Positions 46,574 to 54,807 are shown, numbered from the stretch's first letter. The stretch: DNA of 64,000 bases from Deferribacterales bacterium (GCA_050253075.1 JBFWJS010000008.1:24874-88873), one strand, 5' to 3'. Notes: generated by a model not told the origin, from the letters alone. Translations and numbers: made by a program.

Positions 46574-47248
46574 TCAAATTTGTGTGAGCACTTCCTCGAA
46601 TTGTGTTCTTATAAACTGCCAACCGTTGTAAACGTGTGTCTCTACTATCTTTTCCACTCTGTCGGTATCTTTCTTTTCAAAGGCATTTATGAGGCTTTCG
46701 TGCTCTTCGTTCACCTTTTTGGTACGTCCCTCTGTGGTGAAAGAGTAGACTGTGGCTCTTTTGAACTGCTGCTGCAGTCCTTCGAGCATTCTGATGAGTC
46801 TGTCGTTATGGCATTTATATATAAAAATGTTATGGAAGTCGTAGTTCCAGTTGATGAGCTGTGTCACACCCTTTGCAGAGCCTGCTTCCATCTTTACGGC
46901 GAGCTCGCGCATTTTATCAAGGTCTGCCTTTTCGATATGATCGACAGCGAGCCTTGACGCAAGGGGTTCGAGCTTCATCTTTATGACAAAGATGTCGTCG
47001 ATATCTTTTCTGGTGAGGGTGGTTACCACCGCACCCCTTCTGGGGATGATGTCTATGAAGCCCTCCATCTCAAGAAGCCTGAGAGCCTCTCTGATAGGGG
47101 TTCTGGATATACCGAGCATCTCAGAGAGCTTTGGTTCAACAAGTCTCTCGCCCGGCTTTATTATACCTTTTATGATATTATTACGAATTGTCTGGGCTAT
47201 CTTCTCACTAAGCGGCGTATTGTCTATGTTTATATCTCTGCCAGCCAT
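46574..47248 (-). CDS. GntR family transcriptional regulator (FCD effector domain), paralog 2
   Basis: wHTH LVEPKLSEMLGISRTPIREALRLLEMEGFI plus a helical FCD-type C-terminus. Confidence 0.88.
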   Translation of the reverse strand: MAGRDINIDNTPLSEKIAQTIRNNIIKGIIKPGERLVEPKLSEMLGISRTPIREALRLLEMEGFIDIIPRRGAVVTTLTRKDIDDIFVIKMKLEPLASRLAVDHIEKADLDKMRELAVKMEAGSAKGVTQLINWNYDFHNIFIYKCHNDRLIRMLEGLQQQFKRATVYSFTTEGRTKKVNEEHESLINAFEKKDTDRVEKIVETHVYNGWQFIRTQFEEVLTQI

Positions 47249-47260
47249 TTTAAATCACCT

Positions 47261-47929
47261 CTAGTGGCTTTTGATCCTTTCTTTCAGATATTCCCATCCG
47301 CTGATGATATGGTCTCTGACGGATGTTTCAGCCAGGTCCGGATCTTTAGATACGAATGCATCTATGATCTTTTTATGTTCTTTTACGGCAGTAGCTGCCC
47401 TTCCCGCATCAGAAACCAGCATGGTCTTCAAACGCTGGAAATTTTTTGAAAGTCCATCCAGAATGTCCACAAGCTTATCATTGTCGGAAGCGGCAATGAA
47501 TATATTGTGAAAGTCGATGTTATCTTTCAGGTACTCGTCTGTTACACTCGGATTCTTTTCGACTATGTTTTTAAACTGTTTATTAATGTTTATAAGGCTT
47601 TCTATCTGTTCTTCGGTAAGGTTTATCACTGCCTGTCTGGCGGCGAGCCCTTCCAGGTTAGCCTTTATGGCGTACAGGTCGTCGATATCTTTGATGGTCA
47701 GCTCTTTGACAATTGCGCCCCTTCTGGGCACTATTTCTATGAAGCCTTCTGCCTCGAGCTGCCTGAGAGCTTCCCGTATCGGGGTGCGTGATATACCCAG
47801 TGTTTTAGCCAGCTTAGGCTCTACGAGTCTTTCGCCGTTTTTATAAACACCTTTGATTATATCCGCTCTTATTTTATCCGCTATCTTTTCACGCAGCGGT
47901 TTGCTTTCGATAAATACTTCCTGACTCAC
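47261..47929 (-). CDS. GntR family transcriptional regulator (FCD effector domain), paralog 1
   Basis: wHTH LVEPKLAKTLGISRTPIREALRQLEAEGFI. About two-thirds identical to its neighbour over the N-terminal 90 aa by eye. Confidence 0.88.
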   Translation of the reverse strand: MSQEVFIESKPLREKIADKIRADIIKGVYKNGERLVEPKLAKTLGISRTPIREALRQLEAEGFIEIVPRRGAIVKELTIKDIDDLYAIKANLEGLAARQAVINLTEEQIESLININKQFKNIVEKNPSVTDEYLKDNIDFHNIFIAASDNDKLVDILDGLSKNFQRLKTMLVSDAGRAATAVKEHKKIIDAFVSKDPDLAETSVRDHIISGWEYLKERIKSH

Positions 47930-47972
47930 ACCAAACCTCTTTTAATTTGAGGTAAACCTCACCACCGAAAGG

Positions 47973-47997
47973 TACACTGTATACAGTATACAGTGTA
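47973..47997. promoter_or_regulatory. Perfect 25-bp palindrome, candidate GntR operator
   Basis: tacactgtatac-a-gtatacagtgta, 44 nt upstream of the first GntR start codon. The GT..AC core is typical of GntR-family operators. Confidence 0.6.
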
Positions 47998-48097
47998 TAA
48001 TGCGAAAAATATAGCTGTTTTTTATCTTTGAGTCAATCTCTATTCTGGTACTTTTTCACAGAATAAAATGTCTTTATGAAATAAGTGAAGTAAAAGT

Positions 48098-48441
48098 GAA
48101 AGAAGGTCTGTAAGCCGGATCCTGTGTAAATCGGTCATTTATCTAGCCATGTGATTGCTCACATGGTCAAGCTGCCTACCCGCAGATCATAAAGAACGGG
48201 CCGTTCTGCGAGATCTGCCTATTTGGCATTGCACCGGATGGGGTTTGCCGTGCCTGTGCCGTCACCGGCATCAGCGGGGGTCTCTTACACCTCCGTTTCA
48301 CCCTTACCATATAAATGGCGGTCTGTTTTCTGTGGCACTGTCCCCGGCTCGCACCGGGCTGATGTTATCAGCCATCCTGCCCTGCGGTGTCCGGACTTTC
48401 CTCCCGTGCTTAAAGCACCGGCGACCGAAAGACCTTCTTTC
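48098..48441 (-). ncRNA. rnpB: RNase P RNA, bacterial type A
   Basis: The reverse complement contains GGAGGAAAGTCCGG, ACAGAAAACAGACCGCC, GGTAAGGGTGAAACGG, GCCAAATAGG, CTAGATAAATGA and ACAGGATCCGGCTTACAG. A 12-bp P1 forms between GAAAGAAGGTCT and AGACCTTCTTTC. Confidence 0.9.
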
Positions 48442-48523
48442 GGTCATTATAATTGTATATAGAGCAGAATATTACAAGCACTATTAACAAGTCTGTATCA
48501 TTAAAACCCGAAAAGCTGTAGAA

Positions 48524-48892
48524 TTGACTATGAACCCTATAGACATAGTCGAACACGACCTGCTGGAGATGAAGGCTAACACCCTTTACAAATACGGCAA
48601 AAAGCTGGAGATAGCTGAAGACATGTATCACCAGAAGCTGAAACTGCTGGACAGACTTCAGAAGATACTCCTGCGTCTGGAAAGTGAAACAGTCATAAAA
48701 CACGGGTGGAAAAAGAAAAAACGTCAGGCTGAGCTGACCGAAAGAGTCCGTTCAAAGATAATAAAAACTGACAAAACAGTCAGAAAACTGGAAGAGCTGA
48801 AAAACAAATATATGGAAGAGTTCAAATATCAGCGTGAAGCATGCGGCATGCTCGACCATTCATTCATAGACGAATTCTACAAAGAAAACTAA
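48524..48892 (+). CDS. hypothetical coiled-coil protein
   Basis: 122 aa, Lys/Glu-rich helical sequence. No family recognised. Confidence 0.45.
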   Translation: MTMNPIDIVEHDLLEMKANTLYKYGKKLEIAEDMYHQKLKLLDRLQKILLRLESETVIKHGWKKKKRQAELTERVRSKIIKTDKTVRKLEELKNKYMEEFKYQREACGMLDHSFIDEFYKEN

Positions 48893-48965
48893 AAAAACCT
48901 TTCTATTCAAGTATTCAGAAAAGTTTCCGATCTTAATTATACAGAGAATAATTAAGGAGGATGTC

Positions 48966-49178
48966 ATGGAAATAAGTATGATACCCCCCGTCGGGCCTTT
49001 CAAAGTGAACCGCTCGGAAGTTAACGAGCCAGAAAGGAAAAAATACTTTCATATCAAAGGGAAAATAGAGTCTGTCAAAAAAGACGACGGAAAATATGTG
49101 ATAACTGTCACTTCGGAAGAGCCGTCTTTCAAAGTGGAAGGCATCGCCGGTGAAAAAGTTCTCCTGTCAAATCTTTAG
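48966..49178 (+). CDS. hypothetical small protein
   Basis: 70 aa with strong RBS aaggagg 5 nt upstream. No family recognised. Confidence 0.5.
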   Translation: MEISMIPPVGPFKVNRSEVNEPERKKYFHIKGKIESVKKDDGKYVITVTSEEPSFKVEGIAGEKVLLSNL

Positions 49179-49198
49179 CCGACGACCTCATAACTGCT

Positions 49199-50008
49199 CT
49201 ATCTGACTATCGTGTATGCAGATGTTGCCTCTGTCCATGTGTCCGGTTCCAGCTTGTTCAGTCTGCGTATCAGGTCGCTTATCATATTTGTCGACCTTGC
49301 ATCATACACAAGAAACAGCCCCTCCTGAAACCCCAGCGGTAAAAGGTCTTCACGCTCTTTCGTAGCTATTATCTTAACACTTTCCTTCGCACTTTTACCT
49401 TTGAAATCAGGGAGAAAACGGGCGAAAAGAGTTATCTCGCTCCCATTCTGTGGATAGGTATACACCTTGCCTTTTTCTGTATAGTTGTTCCTGTCTATGC
49501 TGTTGGGGAAAATAAGCGTGACCGAACCGTCCGCACCAATTGAAAATATATAGACGTAAGCATTGTCGCTGGTCTTATAACTGACGGATATCTTATCATT
49601 CTCCCTCAGCTCTTCCTTATCCAGCACAAGATCAACGGATAACCTTCCGCTCACATCAGGCATATATGGCTCTATCAGCGCTTTTATACGCACTCTGTAG
49701 AGTCTTTTATCCTCTGTGTCGAATCCCTCTGCCAGCACCTCGCTCTTTACCACATGCCCCCTGACGCCTGCATATACAAGGTCGTCTGCGAGCTGTCCGT
49801 TCGACACCATAGACATAGACTTTATAAACACGCCTACGGCATCTTCCACGGCATTCCTAAGGGCGTCATTCTTTGCTCTGGAGACAGTCTCTTTATAAGT
49901 GTCGGCATCACCCATGATTGATGCACCTTCGGCCTCTACCCAAATATTCTCCGCAGAGTAAACAGTTCCGAAACATAACAGCAGAGCAAAGATTAAAATG
50001 ATGCGCAT
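49199..50008 (-). CDS. Secreted LPP20/FlgO-like + DUF4384 protein
   Basis: Signal peptide (VYS/AEN), an LPP20-like block (KETVSRAKNDALRNAVEDAVGVFIKS), and DUF4384-like YVYIFSIGADGSVTLIFPN. ATGA overlap with the upstream gene. Confidence 0.7.
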   Translation of the reverse strand: MRIILIFALLLCFGTVYSAENIWVEAEGASIMGDADTYKETVSRAKNDALRNAVEDAVGVFIKSMSMVSNGQLADDLVYAGVRGHVVKSEVLAEGFDTEDKRLYRVRIKALIEPYMPDVSGRLSVDLVLDKEELRENDKISVSYKTSDNAYVYIFSIGADGSVTLIFPNSIDRNNYTEKGKVYTYPQNGSEITLFARFLPDFKGKSAKESVKIIATKEREDLLPLGFQEGLFLVYDARSTNMISDLIRRLNKLEPDTWTEATSAYTIVR

Positions 50009-51999
50009 CAGTACAGCTCCCCGAAAGTCTTGCTGTCTATCTTTCCGTTTAAAAATGAGTCCATCAGCTTCGAATTCGTTTTATTCTTAACCTCATCCAG
50101 AGCCTTGCTAAGCTGGGCGGCATTGATATCGCCATTCTCAAAGGCTGCTTTGAGCTTTGATTTCGCTGATTCTTCCGAAAGCTCTTTAGACATCTTCCAG
50201 TTTCTGCTGACAACAAAGTCCCCCTTTCCTATCAGCTGAGGCGTCTGAGGCTCCCCTTTTAGCCTTGAGGATGCCTTAGGCACGTTCGTCATAACATAAT
50301 CTGCGAGGTCCTTCACGCTTATCCATGCGCTCTGCCCTGCATTCATTATACCGTCTATCAGGTAATGGCTGAAAATGCCTGATTTAAACTCATTATCGTC
50401 CTCCCATGACTGCTGATCGGCAGCAGAGGATGTCAGTATCAGCTTGCCCGCTCCTGTGGTTTTTATGATGTCATTTGCCACCATCATGCCCACGATGGGC
50501 TTTCCGCCTTTAGGAGTGACAGACTTACCCGTACCGGTAAAACATGCATCGAGAGCAACCAGAACCCCCTTCGCATTCGAATTATCCAGAGCATTCTGAA
50601 TATAGCTTATGCTTACGGCTGTATCCTTCATCGCCTCGGGGTCTGATATGACAGCGTCGTAAGGGATGATAACGCCCCCCGTAACGGAGTCGCCTGTGGT
50701 GATGGGTGCGCCGTGACCGGAGAAATATACATATACATATCCGTCCCATGTGCGAATCTTCCGCAGGGCAGAGATGATATTATTCCTTGTCGCCTTGTCG
50801 TTCAGAAGGAGCACAGAATTTTCAGGGTTTATACCGCCGTATCTCTTGTCCGTTATAACTTCATAAACTTTCTTTGCGTCTACAGAGGCATATTTTAACC
50901 CGGGTATGTCTTTCCTGCCTGCATAGTCGATGCCTATCACAACGGCGAAAGCATCGGAGCGGTACTCAGGCAGTTCTTCAGAGCCTGAATGCGGGGCGAG
51001 TATCGGAGTATATGAATCCACAGCCTTAGTTGACTGCGCAACGGGCTCTTTTGAAACCAGATGCACCACCTGAAATATGTCCGAACCTGATCTGTTTATC
51101 TTGAGTATAATGTCTGTGTCTGGGTTACGGCTGGATATTATATCCGCCATAGATTTTGCGCCGGTCACCTTTTCCCCGCTGACCTCCAGCAGAATGTCCC
51201 CTACTCTCACGCCTGATTTGAAAGCAGGTGAGCCCTGCTCGACACCAGTAACGCTTGCGCCCAATATCCTCATGCGCCTGTTGTTCTTCATACTGACGGC
51301 GTCATAGTCGGATATATGCACACCCAGCCATGCCTTCGGAGATGTATCGGCAGGGGCTTGCCGTGTATCTGTCTTTGCGACAGCCTGCGGAGCGCTTTTA
51401 ACCTTTGCGGCATACTGCTTCAGAGGATATGCCATAGACATCTCTTCTGTTATCTGTTTATAGCAGGCGGCGAAACACTGAGACAGAGCTTCCGCCTTTA
51501 GCTGTTCGTGGGGGATAACAGGAGAGACCACAGACCTGCTGGTGCTTCTGGCATTTGCAGAGGTTTCCCATATCACCTGATTGTTCCTGTTCCTTACTGA
51601 TGCTTTCAGGGTCAGGTTTGCCTCAAATTTCATCCCAAAGCCCAATGCGACCATTATGCCGTTGAAACTGAGGCTCTGCACATCCACTTCGACCACGGCG
51701 TCTGCTTCTTCGCTGGCGGTATTTTTCCTGATAAATATCGGGTTAGTGAAGGTATATATCATATACTTTCTGTTCATACTGCTTATCAGCTTGCCTGTAT
51801 AAACAGACGTGGTGGTATTGCCTATGGTGTTATTGCGCAGTTCATTATCGTCAGGCATTATCACCGCCGTCTTCATATCTATGGACTGCACATTCGGTCT
51901 GTCCACAGGGGGCTGTATAAAAGGCAGGGTGTAGTGGAATGTACCGCAGCCTGTGACCGCCAGAATTATAAATATTAGTAGTATGTTATATCTTCTCAT
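50008..51999 (-). CDS. Lipoprotein-anchored PDZ + caspase-like (peptidase C14) protease
   Basis: Lipobox AVTGC; PDZ GSPAFKSGVRVGDILLEVSGEKV; catalytic His in YFSGHGAP (codon 50713-50715); catalytic Cys in LDACFTG (codon 50542-50544). Start set at ATG 51999 (gaggg RBS) rather than TTG 52011. Confidence 0.85.
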   Translation of the reverse strand: MRRYNILLIFIILAVTGCGTFHYTLPFIQPPVDRPNVQSIDMKTAVIMPDDNELRNNTIGNTTTSVYTGKLISSMNRKYMIYTFTNPIFIRKNTASEEADAVVEVDVQSLSFNGIMVALGFGMKFEANLTLKASVRNRNNQVIWETSANARSTSRSVVSPVIPHEQLKAEALSQCFAACYKQITEEMSMAYPLKQYAAKVKSAPQAVAKTDTRQAPADTSPKAWLGVHISDYDAVSMKNNRRMRILGASVTGVEQGSPAFKSGVRVGDILLEVSGEKVTGAKSMADIISSRNPDTDIILKINRSGSDIFQVVHLVSKEPVAQSTKAVDSYTPILAPHSGSEELPEYRSDAFAVVIGIDYAGRKDIPGLKYASVDAKKVYEVITDKRYGGINPENSVLLLNDKATRNNIISALRKIRTWDGYVYVYFSGHGAPITTGDSVTGGVIIPYDAVISDPEAMKDTAVSISYIQNALDNSNAKGVLVALDACFTGTGKSVTPKGGKPIVGMMVANDIIKTTGAGKLILTSSAADQQSWEDDNEFKSGIFSHYLIDGIMNAGQSAWISVKDLADYVMTNVPKASSRLKGEPQTPQLIGKGDFVVSRNWKMSKELSEESAKSKLKAAFENGDINAAQLSKALDEVKNKTNSKLMDSFLNGKIDSKTFGELY

Positions 52000-52007
52000 A
52001 TCTGCCC

Positions 52008-52841
52008 TCAATATAGGTCGCTGAAAGTTTTTGAATCTATAGAGCCGTTTATAAATGACTGTAATATCTTTGACGGATTGCCTGAGTTAAGGTCTTCGAT
52101 AGCTTTGGAGAGCTGGTCTGATGAGATATCTCCATTTTCGAAAGCATATCTCAGCTTTTCCTTATCAGACATTCCGGACAAATCTTTTTCAGTTGTATTC
52201 TGTTTTACAGGAGGGTTATTTTTGATTATTACACCGCTTGATCCGGAAAGATATTCAACAACGGCATACGAATGCATGATGTTATCAAGCGCCTTTTTCA
52301 TAGCACTTCTGAAAGCATTATAGGTCTGCTCGCCCCATGCCTGCCCTGCGGAGGCACCGGAGAATGCGTTATACTTCCGCCCCTGTGCATCTGCAAATGC
52401 CGTGGTGGTATACAGCTCGCTCCCCTTTTCAGTTTGCATCCGCACCCTTAAGGACAGCTCCGCTTTATACACTCCTTCCGAAAAACCGATGGCGACCGTC
52501 GGTCTGTAATCCACCAGATCAGCAGAGATAACCACGCCGTCTTTAACATCACCTGCACTGCCGACAAAATCTGTTTTTTCGAAATAATTCGGCAATACAT
52601 CCTTAGCGGCGCCGTTTATTATCTGCCCGGAGGGGACTATATACAGCACCGTTATGCCCGACTGTTCGTTTTCAGTTTTTGTGTATTTCTCAGATTCATC
52701 TTTTAAGAGGAAAGACGCCTTTGCAGGGACTTTTGCGGAATATACCACATTGTCTTCCACAGGCGTAAAGGGGATGACAGATCTTACCGTGCATCCATAA
52801 AAAGAAAATAGTGTGACTAATATAAGGATTACAGTTTTCAT
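52008..52841 (-). CDS. Lipoprotein paralogous to the N- and C-terminal parts of the caspase protein (no protease domain)
   Basis: Lipobox SFYGC. VVISADLVDYRPTVAIGFSEGVYKAELSLRVRM aligns with VVEVDVQSLSFNGIMVALGFGMKFEANLTLKASV. A C-terminal module is shared. Start at ATG 52841. Confidence 0.7.
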   Translation of the reverse strand: MKTVILILVTLFSFYGCTVRSVIPFTPVEDNVVYSAKVPAKASFLLKDESEKYTKTENEQSGITVLYIVPSGQIINGAAKDVLPNYFEKTDFVGSAGDVKDGVVISADLVDYRPTVAIGFSEGVYKAELSLRVRMQTEKGSELYTTTAFADAQGRKYNAFSGASAGQAWGEQTYNAFRSAMKKALDNIMHSYAVVEYLSGSSGVIIKNNPPVKQNTTEKDLSGMSDKEKLRYAFENGDISSDQLSKAIEDLNSGNPSKILQSFINGSIDSKTFSDLY

Positions 52842-52870
52842 ATCGAGCACCGTTTGTATATATATAGGTA

Positions 52871-52878
52871 ATTATACA
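52871..52878 (-). promoter_or_regulatory. Extended -10 element (TGTATAAT) for the caspase operon
   Basis: The reverse complement of 52871-52878 is tgtataat, 30 nt upstream of ATG 52841. Confidence 0.4.
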
Positions 52879-53216
52879 CCTTAATTATATACAACGGCAC
52901 GCAAAAACTATGTCAGAAGTGACATAAAGTAAATTTTGGTCACATCGAAAAAAGGCACCTTCTTAAGACATTAAAACATATGGGTTTCCATTAAAGGAAA
53001 GCCGGCTTCCTTGCCGGCACCCCGTTGAGCTCCGTCTCAGTCGGCGCGGTTTTTCCGCTACCATAGAAAGCTATATATCAACTTGCGTGCCAAAATGTGC
53101 ACACTTGCCACACACACGCATATCTATCTGGTAATTCAATATAATTATAAACATGTATTAATTATGCAGACGTATATTACCCCATTTCTCATACAAAATG
53201 GGAAATTATTATCATT

Positions 53217-53244
53217 TACCCGCTAATTAATGCGGTATTTTTTT
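53217..53244 (+). terminator. Intrinsic-terminator-like hairpin inside the leader of the 53316 operon
   Basis: tacccgc-taattaat-gcggta followed by 7 T, 72 nt upstream of the ATG. Confidence 0.45.
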
Positions 53245-53315
53245 CTTCACAGCAAGAAACGGGTGGGAAGTCTCCCCTTGAACTGCTATTTTACTCTTAA
53301 GAACGGAGAGGAAAT

Positions 53316-53969
53316 ATGAAGAAACTATTTGCACCGGGATGTGCAATGCTCATCTATAAACCCGAACTGGCAGAGAAGATAAACAATACCCTCGGCGACA
53401 AATATCATACGGAGGGGCTGTACGACACATGCTGTCACCACCGCCCCGAAACAGATGAACCGCTGGAGATAGTAAACACCTGCCCCGGATGCGACAGAAG
53501 ATACTCTTCATTATATAAAGGAGTGAGCACTATATCCCTGTGGGAAATACTGGCATCGGACGAGACATTCCCCCTGCCTGATTATAAAGGCGCAGTGATG
53601 TCCGTACACGACGCATGCCCCACCAGAAAGAATACGAAAGTACATGACGCCATCCGCACGCTGGCGGAAAGGATGAACATTATAATAAAAGAACCCGCAA
53701 GGACACGCACAAATGCCGTCTGCTGCGGTGATACATTTTACGGAAAGCTCCCCGCAGAAGAAGTTACCGCAAAGATGAAAGAGCGGGCGGACGAGATGCC
53801 CTGTGAGGATGTGATAGTATATTGTGTCTCCTGCGTGCACGCCATGCAGAAAGGCGGTAAAAAGGCGCACTATATGCCTGATCTACTCTTTGGCGAACAG
53901 ACATCCGTAAAGCCCGAAACCACGGAAGAGTGGCACGGTAAAATAGAAGCATTTATAGAAACACATTAG
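53316..53969 (+). CDS. Cysteine-rich (CCG-domain-like) Fe-S binding protein
   Basis: 217 aa with clusters APGCAM, CCHH, CPGC, HDACPTRK, VCCGD and YCVSCVH, resembling HdrB/GlpC-type CCG repeats. Confidence 0.6.
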   Translation: MKKLFAPGCAMLIYKPELAEKINNTLGDKYHTEGLYDTCCHHRPETDEPLEIVNTCPGCDRRYSSLYKGVSTISLWEILASDETFPLPDYKGAVMSVHDACPTRKNTKVHDAIRTLAERMNIIIKEPARTRTNAVCCGDTFYGKLPAEEVTAKMKERADEMPCEDVIVYCVSCVHAMQKGGKKAHYMPDLLFGEQTSVKPETTEEWHGKIEAFIETH

Positions 53970-53976
53970 GTGCAGT

Positions 53977-54807
53977 ATGTTCCGATCAGATTATGACCGT
54001 ATAGCAGAAGCTATAAAATACATTGAGGAAAACAGCTCGCTTCAGCCGTCGCTGGATGACATCGCATCCCATGTGGGGCTGAGCCCATTTCACTTTCAGA
54101 AGCTGTTCAGCAGATGGGCGGGGATAAGCCCGAAACGCTTCCTGCAGTTCGTAACGCTCACCAATGCTAAAAAGATACTGAAACAGGCATCAATACTCGA
54201 CACTACCTATGAGGTAGGTCTGAGCAGCCCTTCACGCCTGCACGACCTATTCATCTCCGCAGAGGGGATATCGCCAGGCGAATATAAAAGCAAGGGGAGC
54301 GAATTAAGCATATCCTACGGCACTGCTCCGTCGCCATTCGGCGAATGCTTCATAGCAGAGACAGACAGGGGCATATGCCATCTGGCTTTCGAACCTTTAG
54401 ACATCGCACTGGAAAAGATGAAGATGCGCTGGCAGGGGGCAGAGATAGCCCGAAATGATGAAAAGATATATAACACGGCTGAGAGGATATTCGACGGTTC
54501 GTCAGAGCTTAAACTGCATATGAAAGGGACAAACTTTCAGATAAAGGTGTGGTCAGCCCTCCTCCGCATCCCGGAGGGACACCTCACCACATACAGCCGC
54601 ATAGCCGAAACAATAGGAAACCCGAAAGCTGTCAGAGCCGTAGGCACGGCAGCGGGTCAAAACCATATAGGATACCTCATCCCTTGCCACCGTATGCTGA
54701 GGGAATCAGGCGAACTGGGCGGATACAGATGGGGACTGGAGAGGAAGAAGATAATGATAGCTATGGAAGCAGGAAAAAACGAAGAGCTACAGCCCGAGCT
54801 TGATTAA
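53977..54807 (+). CDS. AraC-type HTH fused to methylated-DNA--protein-cysteine methyltransferase (Ada/Ogt-like)
   Basis: An N-terminal AraC HTH (SLDDIASHVGLSPFHFQKLFSRWAGISPKRF) and a C-terminal MGMT active site IPCHRM. Confidence 0.88.
   Translation: MFRSDYDRIAEAIKYIEENSSLQPSLDDIASHVGLSPFHFQKLFSRWAGISPKRFLQFVTLTNAKKILKQASILDTTYEVGLSSPSRLHDLFISAEGISPGEYKSKGSELSISYGTAPSPFGECFIAETDRGICHLAFEPLDIALEKMKMRWQGAEIARNDEKIYNTAERIFDGSSELKLHMKGTNFQIKVWSALLRIPEGHLTTYSRIAETIGNPKAVRAVGTAAGQNHIGYLIPCHRMLRESGELGGYRWGLERKKIMIAMEAGKNEELQPELD

Noticed and set aside
48155-48487. Two plus-strand ORFs (110 and 79 aa) in a GC-rich patch
   Set aside because: The region is the RNase P RNA gene on the opposite strand. 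The open frames result from its GC-rich structured sequence.
52990-53070. SRP RNA, or a c-di-GMP or Moco riboswitch, suggested by ccggcaaggaagccgg and aaagcc strings
   Set aside because: The hairpin is a simple symmetric GCCGGC stem. It lacks the asymmetric loops and GGAA tetraloop of SRP domain IV. The GEMM-like fragments lie on opposite strands. The region is kept only as an unclassified structured region.
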